DNA from: the human T2T-CHM13v2.0 reference genome, Homo sapiens
Length of the DNA: 64,000 nucleotides
Assembly (NCBI RefSeq): GCF_009914755.1
Contig: NC_060929.1
Strand: one strand, 5' to 3'
Shown here: positions 43,696 through 58,629 of the stretch, piece after piece
How positions within the stretch are numbered: position 1 is the stretch's first letter
Layout of the letters: each line of letters opens with the position of its first letter
Position numbers and translations under genes: made by a program
Notes under the pieces: generated by a model
Database searches by the model: none
The model's input: the letters and a program-made list of their open reading frames with translations, nothing else
What the model was told of the DNA's origin: nothing

Positions 43696-44193
43696 TGTTG
43701 CGGGAAATCAAGAGGCTGGAGAGACAGAATGGGGTGCAGGAGAGTTTATTTTAAGGTATACACCGGCTCGGTGGACATGCATCCTAAAAGTCTGAGCACA
43801 AGACAAAGAAAGCAGTTGCCTTTTAAGCAGTTGATGGCGGATATTATGTGATGCAGGAAGCAAGTTTATAGAAGTGAGAACAAAAGCAGTTAATTATTAT
43901 GTGACATTTTTGAGATTTAGTTTACATTTTGGGAAAAACATGTCTTTTAAATTATACTTATTTATTTTATGACTTTGCAGTCTTATAGCAAGAAGAAAAA
44001 GAAATTTACAGATTTTATAAAATATGTGGGAAAGAGATAAGGTTAATGTTTTACGGTTTTTACAGAAAGGTAGTTAGTATTTCTTCTTAACTTTTACTTT
44101 AAGTGGGTTACTAATGCCTATTACAGTTAAACCTTTTATTATTACTATTTTTTATTTTAAAAGGATAATCAATTTTTTAATTTTTCTACTTCA
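43696..44193 (-). mobile_element. ERV1-class solo LTR
   Basis: tgttgcggg...acttca flanked by exact 4-bp TSD gttc; minus-strand AATAAA at ~43745. Confidence 0.8.
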
Positions 44194-44816
44194 GTTCCTC
44201 AAGTACAACATGACTATCCTCCTCTGTGATTCTTTCTTGTTGTTGAACTCTTCTATACTTGGCCTCCAGCCTTCACCAGCACCTAATTTGTAAGCTAATA
44301 TATTTCATGTCATGGCTTCAGTGGCTTCTGAGCCACTCAAGGCATTTTCCTCATTACCTATCACACTGTACTCACCACTTTTCACTAAACAATAGCCATT
44401 GTGGGCTCTATGTTGCCACAGTACTCATTTCACTCCACTTCTGGGTTTTATTCTCAGATCTTCACTGACATGCATGAAGGGCAGGCTGATGCCACCACAA
44501 TGTCCTAGGTTCCTCCTTGCTCTTCAGGATAGATGTGATGAGCAGCTGCATGGCTCCAGGCCACTTCTGCTGTGTCTCAGTGATACTGCTTGGCTCAGGA
44601 CCTGAGAAGGGAAGGGCAGGGCCAGGAGAGATACCCAGGACAGCCATGGAGTCCTCTCAGGGCCACAGCCACTGCACCTGCTGTCATAGATATGGCTACT
44701 TGCTTTGTTGTCACTAGAAAACGACCTAGGTGCCACAGCTGAGGCTGTCTCCATGGGCATATTTTATGATTCATATGTGTTTAAAGTTATTAAATGCTTT
44801 TCAACATATAAAGATT

Positions 44817-44892
44817 TGTGCTCAGTACCTGGGTTATGGGATCATTCATATACCAAACTTCAGCATCATGCAACATACCCAGGTAACAGACT
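44817..44892 (+). mobile_element. Short L1PA15/16 3'UTR fragment
   Basis: Aligns to 43003-43078. Confidence 0.85.
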
Positions 44893-45208
44893 GAAAAAGG
44901 TAGTCCTCCTCTCTCATTAAAAGATATTGCTCAGTCTCTAAAGCATTAAAAAAATCATATTATCACTGATTTATATGCATTTTAAACTGGTACAAAAGGA
45001 CATCTTAACATAAAGAAAGAGCAACTTAATAACTAAATAAGTAGAAAAAACTTATGCTCGTGTGTAAGAAGGCTCATATTTTTTCAAAGGCAAATTCTCT
45101 CCACATTGACATGTAGATTAAATGTCATCCTAATCTATACATTAGCAATAAATTTGGTAGAAATTGACAAGCTAAATCTAAAATATATTTGGAAATTCAA
45201 AGAACTAA

Positions 45209-45558
<350 letters not shown>

Positions 45559-45584
45559 ATAAAGGAGATTGTATGGTTTTATTG

Positions 45585-45905
45585 TAAATATATTTATATG
45601 TTATATATTATGTTATATGTTATATTATATAATTATATTGTGTAATATATAATATAAGATATAAGTATATAATTGCATTATGTAATTATATTGTATATAC
45701 AGTATATATTATACACATAATGTATCTATTTTTATACTATATAATGATAATTATATAACTTCATTACATAATTATATTGTATATAGAATATATACTATAT
45801 ACATAGTGTAAAAATTTTGTACATTATATATACACTACATATATAATATACACTATATATACAATATTATATAATATACACTATATATACAATGATATAT
45901 AATGA
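45585..45905. repeat. AT-rich low-complexity / (TA)n tract
   Basis: Includes atataatatacactatatatacaat twice. Confidence 0.9.
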
Positions 45906-47664
45906 TGAAGTAATAGAGAATTCAGAAATAGATCCCACAATATATTTTATGACAAAAGCACCACAATAACTTTATGGAAAACAATGCCAGAGTAAATGAA
46001 TTGAAGAAAAGCAAGTATTTCTAAAAATAGGGCTTTACGAATTGAATATTCACCTTAAAACAATATATCTTGATTTATACATATCATACACAAAAATTAC
46101 CTAAAAATAGATTATAGAAGCATACACAAAATCTAGAGCTATAAACTTAAAGAAATAAACAAACAAAAAAACAAAGAAAAGCCTTTGCAAATTTGGGTAG
46201 GTAAAAATAAAATATAGAGAAAATTACGGCTAAGTCAGTCTTTTGCAAAATTAAAAACTACCACTTGTCTACATATATATGTGTGTGTTGTGTGTGTGTG
46301 TGTATTCTAGCCAAAGGCTAGGAAAATATATTTTTAACATACTATTTACAAAGTATTTTATACATGTAAAAACTTATGCAACCCATGTAGAAATTGATAA
46401 AATATTTTATTAGATCTTTCATTAATATGTATGTATGGGTGTGCAGGTATGTGTATATATGTGTGACTATTAAGTACATAAAAGATGAGCTACATTATTA
46501 GTCAGCAGAAATATGCAAGTTAAAATCACAATGGGATACTATTTCATATGCACTAGAATAGCTAAAAATAAAAGAAATTATAATACCAAATGTTGCAAAG
46601 GATATGGAGCAATTGAAACTCTCATATGTTTCCAGAAATATTACAAGAGCTTACAACCACTGTATCAATTATTTATAGAGCAACTGCAATTATTTATAGC
46701 ATTTATGAAATTAAACATCCATCTCTGCTGTGACTCAGGAATTTTACTCCTAGAAATTTACCCAAAGGGTATAAAAACAAATGTCCACAAAATATCTTAC
46801 ACAGAAGTGTTTATAAGCAGTTTATTTTATTTTGTTTGTTTATTTATGTGTTTTACTGCCTGAAACAGGAAACACATATCAGCAGGAACAGATAAATGGA
46901 GGTATATCCATACTATGGGATGAGATCTCATAATTCAAAAGAAAATCTACTAATACCAGAAAAAAAATATAAATGGATTTCAAACCCTGGATTCTGACTC
47001 AGAAAAACCTGACACAAAAGAGTAATTGTTATTTATTTTATTTGGGGCTGTAGAAATGACAAACTTAATATATTGTGAAAAACAACAGATCTGGGAGTTG
47101 AATGGATTCCTGGAAAAAGCCATTTGAATTAGAAGTAGTAGTGAGCAAAAGCTATTTATCTACACTTACTTTTTTTTTAGTCTTGCTCTTAACCATTAAA
47201 TTTTAAAAGACTAGGCTATTTTCCCCAGGACAGGCTGTTAGAACCTGACTTGGACTCCACCTTCCTGCGACTGCTCTTCAAATACCAACAGCTATGTCTT
47301 CCACAATACCCCAGTGACCATGGAAGACAATTTCTATTTTACTACCAGAAGTGCCTGAAATTGACAGCATATTAGTGAAACCATATAGAAACTATACTGA
47401 ATTCAAGACTGAAAGTTCTGTCTCTGCTTTTCATTCCATGTCATTTGCCATCTATTGCCAAATTAAAAAATCAAAAGTTCTGAATACCAGGAAGGACACC
47501 ATTAAGATTAAATGCATGAAGGCAGTCATGAGAAAGACAGAACCAATCCCCAACTCCACAATAGCTCTCCTAGGCAAAAGTGTTGTTGCCAAAGACAGCA
47601 GAAAGAACCCAGTGGGTTAGAGTTAAGGGAGCATCATAGTAGATCAATAGTCCATTATTCATGA

Positions 47665-48035
<371 letters not shown>

Positions 48036-50179
48036 CTCTGACCTTTTTTTTTCACTATGCATTTACTACCTGTATGGGAAAAAAAAATCTGTCTAAACAA
48101 ATTATGTTCTTTCCCAAAGAGTTGTGTTTAGAGACATGCTGACATCAAGGAAAATTTAAAAATTAGTATCACCAGTTCCTTGTTGAGGGGATTTTCTGTC
48201 GTTTCGTATCAGAACCTCATCATATCCATTTCCTCTTATGTTCTTTGTTTCTGGGACTCGATCTGCCTCATCTGGTGGCCCCATCTGGTGATGTTTCTCC
48301 ATCATCTCTTGAGATAACACATTTGAGTCCTGCGTCCACAATGATGTTTTCTCTGCCTTTTTGCTACAGAATTGCTGTATCTGTGAAACCAAGGACGGTG
48401 TCTTCCTTATCCTCACATTTATTTCTACTGTAAGATTGTCCTTAATAGATTATTGAGCTGAAGTTTAGTCAAATGTTTCTGAAGTTTGAGTCCCAGGAAT
48501 TCCAATTGGTTGCTGGAATTGAATAACTTTTTTCTTTTACTTTTCTTTTCTATCTGATTCAGACATTTGTGTTTCTAACATTCTCTTCCAGGTTTGATAT
48601 GTTGGTGCCTCTCATTATAAGTAATATGAAATCAATTCCTTATATTTCTCCTAGAATCATCTATTATTCAAATCAATTCTATCTACCTTTTTCTCACTCA
48701 GTTGGTAATACCACCAATGAAATACTTTTTTCCATTTGTCCAACCAGGCATACACTTAATAGATAATTATCTTGCCTGAGATCCCATTCATAATTTTCAT
48801 CTGTATCTGCTTAAGAGGCTTAATTCTATAATTTTTCCAGCATCTCACAGAGCCCAAACAAGGTATATGTATCTACATCTTCAGTAACTCTAACACCTTG
48901 ACCACACTTAATATTACTTTAATTATTGTATACTATCTTCCATCTTAAAATTGCATATGTATACATATATTCTATAACCACAGGGTACAGCTTTTCGCTG
49001 TCTTTAAGGGTGTTTTCCATATAATAATGAAATCATCTGCCCTTTATCTGATGTTCTCTTTAACAGCAGTTTGCATGGCCCATTTTCCTCCTTTCATTTT
49101 CTTGGCCTGTCATGTACGTATTAAAAATAAAACTCAGTTTTGCTCTGCAACAGAAGAAATTCAGGTGTTTCAAAATTTAACGGAATCAAATATCATTGTG
49201 CCCCCTGATGCTTACAGGGCATGTAAACACTTTTCTTCTTTGTACACTAATGCTTTGCCTTAGCCAAGCATGTGTAGGAAAATCTGTGCCTGAAAAATAA
49301 GCTGTGGTATGTGGGCTTCCTGAAATCCTGCCTTTATGAACCCTCGTTTTGTTTAGGTTTCTATGGTCATTATGCCTTAACTTGTATTTCTACCTCACTA
49401 TAAAGAGAATCATTTATGGATGAAGCTTCTTTGATCTGTATTAAGCCACCAAGATCGAAATACCCTATGGCTAGGTTAAAATCTCACTCTAGCACTGAAA
49501 AGTCTTACAAACATAAGAACCTCCTCCCTTTAGCCCAATGTAACCTTCTCAAACCATGTAAGAAATTAAATCATCTATCAAAAAATAAAGTCCAAGCCCC
49601 AGCATCATGCTCCAGTCTCCATGGAAGTTTCTCTGTGTAAATACTGTGCACTCCTGAATTCCACTCTTTTTAATTTTGTTTCTTAATATTTTTAACCCCA
49701 TTATTAAAGTATCTAAAGACTTAGAGCTATTAATGCTCATCTTCCCTACCCAATCTGTGATCTCAAACAGTGGAGAGATAGATAAGATTACAAATATAGA
49801 TTGAAGACTGAGAGTCCAATGTGGGATTAGGGCAAGAATTCTCCTTCACCATTCTTCTCCCCTTCTGCTTGGCCCTCATGGGTTCAAGTGTCTTAAAAAA
49901 GTAGAGTAGCCCCTTTTCCCTGCTATTTTTCCCAAACTTAGTAACTAAATTTATTACTCTACTTTCTTAGGTTAACAAATGAGGAGGATGGAGACCTTGA
50001 ATGTATATGAGGAAGAAATCTCTTTTTCAGGGAAATCAGGAATATAAATAAAAGACAGGCAAAAAACTACCACGTAAATGCAAACTAAATGATAAAGAGA
50101 CAAGTTAATAGTATAATACCATTGACTAATAACACAAGTATATTTCATAAAATATTAAATTTTGGCCAAAAAAGCAGTC

Positions 50180-51330
50180 AAATAATATAAATTATCATTA
50201 AGAATATGGGAAAACAGATCCAAGTAGGTACTGCTGGTTGACACATAAATGGTAATAGCCTATCTAGAAAACAGTGTGACAGTATTTAATAATATTAAGT
50301 CTGTGTCTACCTTACAATGCAGCAGTTAGATGTTGAGTATTTGCTGTAGAGAAACACACACCCCTGGCCAAATGTGTCATGCACAGGAACGGCAGATAAA
50401 ACTGACTTGCAAACATAAGATGTGGATTTATATCCTGGAATGACACAGTAGCTAGAAACGATAAATCAGAAAGATGTACAGTAACAAAAAGACAGTGTTT
50501 GATGAACTGTGAAAGCTACAAAATCTATAGAACCATGTATTTTATGTTTATTAGAACACATAAACACTCAACATGAAATGGACAACATTATTTTATGAGG
50601 ACACATACATATGCAAGCATATGTCAAACATAGTAGTGTGAAAGCCTAAGGGCACAAGCAAAAAGAAAAAAAAACAGGAAAGAAATTTGGTAATGATTTG
50701 TGGTAATTATATGCCATGAATCAGATGAATGATCAATGATCATCACTACGTATTTCCCACAAAATAAACTGTAAACAGCAGAAGGAAATGGCAAATACCC
50801 ACTACAAAATGCTCAGTTGATACATAAAGGAAAACACAGTGCCAATAAATACTTCAAGAATTTATCAAAATCACTACTAATTGCAGCAATGCAAATAAAA
50901 GCAATAAGGTATTAATTCTTACCCATATATTTGTAAAATAAAGATTGGAAAGTACTGCATGTTTGGAAAAGTGTATGGTAAATAAAGGATCCTCTCTGTT
51001 CTCAGAAGTGTAAATTTCTATATTCATTTTAGAGGAAAATAGTGGAAGCATTTTGTAATATTTAATTTAAATTTCCTTTTAATAGGCAATTTCATTACCT
51101 GCTCATATTCTCTACACATGCATAAAGAATAGGGAGAAAGTACAAGAAAGCTTATTATAATTTTGATTATAATAGTGAATAATTAGAAACAGATAAGCAT
51201 CAATATGTGAACAATAAAATAAATTGAAGTTTGGAATACGATATGGTAGTACAATGAACATGGTAGAATTTGTTGTAAATAGGATAAGTAGAAGGTATTT
51301 AAACATATGTTGAATAAATTTAAACAAGAA
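50180..51330 (+). mobile_element. Very old L1ME 3' fragments
   Basis: ctgctggttgacacataaatggta...tctagaaaacagtgtgacagtattt; approximate and patchy. Confidence 0.45.
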
Positions 51331-51554
51331 CAAAAATGCAATACAGTAAGATAAATTGAGAAATAGGAAGAAATATTTAAGGTATGCATCTTTTGTTTTA
51401 TTGATTTAACTAACGCATCTAATAACAATTTCATTTTCTTGTAACACTCTCAGAGCTCGCCTGTAATATAAATGTTCATTTTCTGCTGGTGGTACTGCCT
51501 GTGCCCAGGCAAAGATATACATGTTATCCTAATCCATTAGTTTATGTGGTGTAC

Positions 51555-51930
51555 TAATCAGATTTGGCTAGGTTATAACTGCATAACAAACAACTTCCAA
51601 ATCTTAGGGGTTTACAAGAAGTAGGATGTATTTTTCACCTACACTACATGTTTATTACAACTCAATTGCATGTCGTCTTCACTCATAAACCCATGCTGAT
51701 GGGATAGCATCTATTTAGATCATTTACCAAGATCAAATAGAAAGAAGAAGCGTTCATGCAAACTGTTCCCTGGCTCTTAAAAGTTTCTGCTCTGGAGTGC
51801 CACATTTCTGCTCACTTGTAATCGGCCAAAGTAAGTTATATGCAATCCTAAAATCACCGTAGTGGGGAAGCATAAATCTTCCCCAGAGAGGAACACTGAA
51901 TAGTTTTTAGTAATAATACAATCTAACATA
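51555..51930 (-). mobile_element. MLT1 (J-like) solo LTR
   Basis: ggctaggttataactgcataacaaac...; ggccaaagtaagttatatg; aataatacaatctaacata. Confidence 0.75.
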
Positions 51931-54009
51931 GTGTGTTAATGAAAGGCACCTATATTAGGTGAACTTATATAGAAATGTAAAACTTGATTCATTTAATTCA
52001 GAACTTTAAAAATTATTCTGAACTAATTGTAAATTGCTATATTAGCAATTTACAAAAGTTGAATTATCACAAGTTAGTGTTACAGGCACTTGGCACGTGA
52101 GCCTTAAGCAACACCACTTGGAGCTGATGATGACAATGTTTGATTAATGGTATCATCAGAGATGGGATGATAGTGAAAATCTGGCCAATCATCTCCTATG
52201 TTAATATGAAAGGCAGCTAATTATTCTATTTTCTGTGTGTTGTGAAGGGTGTTTGATAATGGATACCTACATATTGAAAAGTTGTCTATTGCATTTCAGA
52301 AATAAACATTTTTGTAATTGTTTTCCTAGAAAAAAATATTTATTGTGTGATTAAATCAGAATCATATAATTATATTGATATGATTTTTAAAACCCTACAT
52401 ATGATTGTTCCTCTCTAGTTTTCTAATTGGATATAAAAGTCTTTGGAAAAGAGATTTTCTCTTTTGTAGCTACCTGAGACTATGTTATTCCCTTTTATAA
52501 TTAAGAATTTAATACATATTTATTTTGTTTTTATATTTATTATTCATATTATATATGTACATGATGCCCTTTTCTATTTATTCCTTTTATGTAAATATTT
52601 TGTTATATATTTATTACCTTTTACATTTATTACATGTTTATTTTATTCCCTTTTATTTATTATGTTTCTTTTATAGCTGAGGTTGTTTTATTTATTTGTG
52701 TATCAAGTCAGTAATCCTAATTGACAGATAATAATCCTTAGCTCTCGAATGGTCATTTTTATGTACACATTCCATTTATTCATAGAATTGTAAATGGTGA
52801 TTTATTTAGTGAATTGGCTAATGGTCATGATTTGAGCAATTACTGACAAAAAGGTGGCTGCAGATAGGACACCGATGAATATCTTAAATTATTGTTAAAA
52901 ATACTGAATCAAGTCCAACTTTGTCAAAATAATCAGCAGAATTATTATAATTTGGCTATTTTCCTGAATATGGAAAGACCCCTAAGGTAAAAATTGGCCT
53001 AAGACCATTCTGTAAACAAAACAAAGCAAACAAAGGAACAACAAAGAATTCCCTTTTCTTCTGTTTTCATTTAGCCCCACAATCCTAAGGCAGAAGAGAC
53101 TCATAACACAATTGTATCATCTTAGGGAAATTGACACAACACTGAATTACTGGGGCAAGTGTTAGTTTTTCCTCTAAATGAAGAAAATCTCCTGCTCCAC
53201 CTCCCCATAATAGCTCTTTTCCAGAAACTGAGTTTTTAGAAATTCATCCATACCATGTGTTCCTCTGTGACCATGTTAACTTCTTCTTTCCTCTGGCGAC
53301 TAAGGGTGAGCATTTCACACATAATGCTAGTGGTCTTTTCTCAACTTTTCCCTCACATGTTCAATATTGTTGCAAATTAAACACACTTTAGATTCAGTGA
53401 AAAAGAAGTAAAGGGATTATACTAAAATAAACTTGTTGTATCGTTCACACTTTTTAACAAAGTTTAAAAAGATTTTTTTTGACTCTGGCTACTCCTAGAA
53501 GGAAGGAAATCCAAAATACAGCTATATACTTTAGCCCTGTGGCTTTAGAAGATAGGTCCAGTGAATCTCTTTTAACAGGCATAAATATCTTTATGTTTAA
53601 ATAGTCTCATGAGACACGTTAGAAAGAACTGAATCTCTCAAAAGGATGACTATTTGTCATAGCTCCTTGAAATTACATTTATTTAAATAATCATATATCA
53701 AGTGAACTACATTCTACTTAATCTGAATTGTATTTTTCATGAGATAAGCAAACTAGGTATTTGATACTGGATTACAAATCCTACTGTAATTGACGATGCT
53801 CTACTGTTCCCTTTTTACTCAATTTGCTATTTCTCTCCTGTTCTCTTTTACTTCATTCTCTTATTTTCTTCTTCTTTCTATAGCATTTTTCCTAACTTAC
53901 TCATGTTTGCCTTAGGTCTCAGCCACACAAAACATTACATATTGACCCAGATGGTACTGATGAAGAAAGGCATTTCTCACCTTGGTGTGTATGTGTTTGT
54001 ATAGGCCGG

Positions 54010-54528
54010 AGGGGGAAAAAACATAACTGCTTTTCTTTTCTTTCCCTTTTTAGCTTCTTAGTTGAGACACTCTCCTGAAAATAACAGCCAAGTTAACAAA
54101 ATTAAAGCAAGCAGAAGTTCATTAACCCATTCCCATCACAAGCAAAAGTTCATTAACCCATTCTTATCACATCAGAGAGGCTTTAGTTCAAAATTATTTC
54201 TCACAAAGCAGAGGCTTAGGGGCTTTACTTAAATCGTATTTTAATAAAGAACCATAAATCCTATATAGTGAAAAGACAAAGGAGAGAGAAGTTTTCATCT
54301 TTTAAAAGATGGGAAAATATGGGAGAATAGTAAAACCGCTTCCCAGATGTCTCTGGTGTGTCTGAGGGTGCCTTCCCCGGGCCAATGAGAAAGTGTTGTC
54401 TCCAGTAAGAAAATATGTATTGCTTACCACCAGGCAAACAGAGGCTGAGGAAGAGTGTTTCCCTGCATTTTTAGTGTCTTTAACTTAATAATTTCTTAAT
54501 ATTTTGGGGAGAATTATTTTCATTTACG
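54010..54528 (-). mobile_element. ERV1-class LTR (MER31/34-like) with 31-bp duplication
   Basis: Right end attttggggagaattattttcattt; duplicated unit at 54108-54169. Confidence 0.6.
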
Positions 54529-55044
54529 TAATGTCAAACAAAAATTATTAACTATTTTCTTTGCTTTCCAGCCTTAAGTCTAGACATTGGGAGACAACTG
54601 AGGAAAAAGTCATTGAAACAACTATCACAAAGCAATTGGGGATTGATTCATAAACCTGAGTGTCAACAGAAAGAAAAGCATCCAAGAAAAATAATAGATC
54701 TGCCTAGTTTCCCATGATAATTCAGTGGTTCTACCCTCTGGCTCACATGGCCCAGTGGATGTTGACTCTTTCTATCACACTGGTAACATATATTCCTTTT
54801 CTTCCTAGCACTGAAAATTGTGATGAGTTGACTCAAGGTCCTTTCCCCCAAATACTCTGGGGGGACCGAGTTATTTTAATAATTTCCTTTTTTTATTAAT
54901 GATATATTAAAGAATGTCATAATGGATTTTCTTATAAAATATGTCCCCAAATTTATAGAAAAAAAAAATTTATTATTTTAAAATGAATAGCAATACAATT
55001 AATGTAGGACTATATTTATAGCAAGATTATTATGTAAAGAAATC

Positions 55045-55097
55045 CTGTATAATAATAATAAAATTAAATTAAATAAATAAATAAATAAATAAATAAA
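55045..55097 (+). mobile_element. Ultra-truncated L1PA-type tail insertion / (AAAT)n
   Basis: gtataataataataaaattaaa plus (aaat)n between direct repeats aaagaaatc. Confidence 0.6.
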
Positions 55098-57658
55098 AAA
55101 GAAATCTGCATTAGGCAGATGCTTTGCATTCAGCATTTATTTACTGATTTATATTATCCTATTATTTCTATGTTCACATACAAATTTCAGGCTGAAATAG
55201 AAATCTCATGAGCATTGAGCCCACTTTTCATATTTCCACTTTCATGCAAATATTTCTATACTGGGCTATGACATGCATTGCCTAAAGCAGCATCATTTAC
55301 AGCACATTTCATGGTAGGTAACCCAGAAGTTATACTTCAGGAACTTCTCCATTAAATATTTTGGAAAACAGAACAGTATGTCTTGAGGCTCAATCTAGTG
55401 CATGGTATTGTATCTTTGCAGTTCATAGAAACACATTTTAATGATTGGCCCAGGGAGGAAGCCCTCAGTGTCAACGGACAGGAATGAGATTTGCCAGTTT
55501 GTGTTCAGAGAGAATGAACAGGATAATTAAAGCAATGCATACTCTTTTTGAATTATCATAATCACCATCATCATCATCATTGAGTTATTGGATATTTTCA
55601 TCATTATTATACATTACATATCATTGATATACTTTAGTTTATATGAATTTTGAGATAGATACTTTCTCCTTTTCTAAAATTTCCCCCTTCTATTCCAAAT
55701 ATTTGTTTAAAATCACTTTCAATAGATTAATAATTCAGCTAGTGAATATATATTTTTGGTCTAGGTATATCAAGATATTCTTTTTGTTATACTTGTAACT
55801 GAGAATTACTATGTTGATATTCATGTTAGAAAATTTTAAAAACGAGGAAGTGGGAAATGCAAAAACCATGAATTAACAACATTGAGAGAACAATTAAAAG
55901 AATGTATTACTGATTAAGCAATTACATGAAATCAAGTCAAATATGATATGTAGCAATTTTCAAGAAATGATCAACCTTACATTGGAGAAGGTAATGATCT
56001 AAATAATTTCACCCACTGTAATTTATGCACTTATGTTAAAGAACTACAATCTGTGTTCAAAGTAGGTGCAATACGAAACAAAACAGATACTTCCTCCAAG
56101 AATATAGTAAGAACAAACAGGCATAAATAAGGTGTACCCCTTAGGAAATTTTAATTAGGTTATTTGCATATTTTCATCACAGTTGGTACCAAATCTCTAG
56201 ACACTCAAACAATATAATCACTTAAGCTTTTGGAATACTATACTTTTAGGCCATATTGTGTTCAAACTCACTTGTGTGTGGAATATAAAGGTAAATAGTT
56301 GAGATTCTTTTAAGGCCTACAAATAAATTTGGGTCTGTCAAATAAAATGTATTGCATTGTTTTTGACCAATTTTACTTGTTTAAGTGGCTTTTGGAAGAT
56401 TGCTAACACACCAGAAATAACTAGCTTTGGGAAAAGGAAAAAATAAATAGTGTCTGAATATGTTAACGAAACTTTCCTTTTTTGAAAACAATGATTATCT
56501 GTGACTTTTCTTATGCCTCAATTTTTTTTTCTCTCTTCCTTTCTGTTTGTTAATACTGCCAAGTTTAGTTTAGGTATTAAATCAATTTTGAACTAAAAAT
56601 GTGTAGTTGAAAATTTTACTTCTATTAAATAATATTTGATTTTGGCTAAAATATTTTTCAGCTGGAATAATTCATTTCTGGGTCATTACTGGTACACCCA
56701 AACCCCTAGTCATGAACTCGACCTTTATCATTCTGTCTGGCACAATAACATTTCTCGATACCCTGGTATTTTCCTTTTTCACTTATAAAAAGGCAAAATT
56801 ATAATTTTAATATCTTCCTCACCTTTACTGGGAGTTTGTTTAAGAACTGCTTCCTTTAAATGTAATATACTCTTTATCAATAAAAATGTTATTTTTAGAT
56901 AAGAAAATTTTTTTTACTTTATTACTATTTTTCTCACTGTTGTATATAATAGATACATGCTTTCACTACTAAGCCTTTTGGAAACAATTTTTGAAGTTAG
57001 TTATTAGCATATAACAATTCTAAATATAACTATATCTAAGAATATTTCAAATTTTAAAAGTTTGCATAAATGACCTCTGGAAACCTATTTTGCATTTTAA
57101 TATAAGAGAAATAAAAGCATTTTGATTTGTTAGCAAATGTGACATTAAGGAGCTGAAGGAGCTGCATATTGTTTTTCTGCTGTTTGCAGTACTTTCATTT
57201 TTATATGAAATATTTTGCTTTGACAAAATATAAGATATTCACTCTCAAGTATAAATAAAAACAGCTATTCTCATACTTAATACCAATATGTTTAAATACC
57301 TCACTCTCAAAGGCCTGAGCTCAAGCAAGGTGACTTAAGGTTTATAATAGCTTATCTCTTTGAAGTTTAGGAAACCATTATGGGGGGACACATGGGAAAG
57401 AGGTGTTGTGTACCATCACATCTTACACTGTAGAATTCAAAAGTTTCAGAAAAGCTTTTTATGATAATCTTTTTAAGATAAGCCCATTTTCCTATTTTCT
57501 TTAAATCTTTGCCTCATGTGAACTCTGAAAGAGAGGAAATCAATCTAAAATTAAAATAATATATAAATATACCATGCAAAAATTCCATTTATTTTTAATC
57601 TCATCTTTCTTTATTCAGACTTACCCAATTCCTTAAAATTTTTAAAACTATACAAAAG

Positions 57659-57728
57659 TATGTGTGTGTACATATATATATACACACACACACACACACA
57701 TATGTACACATACATATACACACACACA
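57659..57728. repeat. Compound (TG)/(TA)/(CA) microsatellite
   Basis: Directly visible. Confidence 0.9.
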
Positions 57729-58629
57729 GAACTTCCTTCTTTGTTAAAGTTCCGTAACGTTTTATTTTCTTTGGTGGAGGTGGAGCAATCAATATGCACA
57801 TATGAGCTAATTCCAATTAAGGAAATATTCCTGTGAAGTAAATACATATACATCATTTTAAATTGTTAATCTGCTTCTTTGTTAACAAATAGACAAACGA
57901 AAAACACTTTAAACATGAGTTAAACACAAGGATAACTAGCAGTGATAGAATTCATTATAATTATTAAGAATCGAATTCTTTGTTTCACTAAGAGTGTTTA
58001 CAAATGGACAGGCTCATTGAAGAAGTTGGTGTTAGTAGGGCTAATCAATTAAATTCTTTAAATTCTTGAGCATCTTGCATTGTTCTTTTGGTAGTCCAAA
58101 ATATGATTTGAATTTCTTAATGAAAAGATCCTTCGTAACCATGCATCTTCTATATAGTTAAATGCTCTGTCCATAAGAAAGGCAACAGTTGGGAATGTCC
58201 TCATCACATGCATAAGAAATTGGATAATACTTAGCAGTTTATATTTCTTCTCCACCTTGCCCTCTGCTTGGCCCTCAACCCAAATTCTCAATTTCCTGGT
58301 TAGATTTTTTTGTTTTGTTTTACCTTCTATTCTGAATCTAACATATGATAGCAAATGAACAATTTTCTGCTCTTCTTAGAAATGTTGCTATTTGATGTAA
58401 GCTCATTGTAAGAAATTAGAGAAAAGACTTTCAAAAAGTAGTATTTAAAATGGTATCTCACTACACTTGTTAAATAGACATTAAACAGTCAGAGTTTTGG
58501 CAATATGTCAGACGTAACTTAGAGTAAACATCATTTACTCTTCTTGAAAAGTATACAAATCTTGATCTTGTTTTTTGTCATTCTCAGGCCTTATTCTCCT
58601 TAAATAAACTGTTTTTTCTTTGTGTATTA

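Noticed and set aside
48156-48416. 86-aa hydrophilic minus-strand ORF in unique sequence
   Set aside because: GTG start, weak splice acceptor context and no recognisable homology; cannot be supported as an exon.
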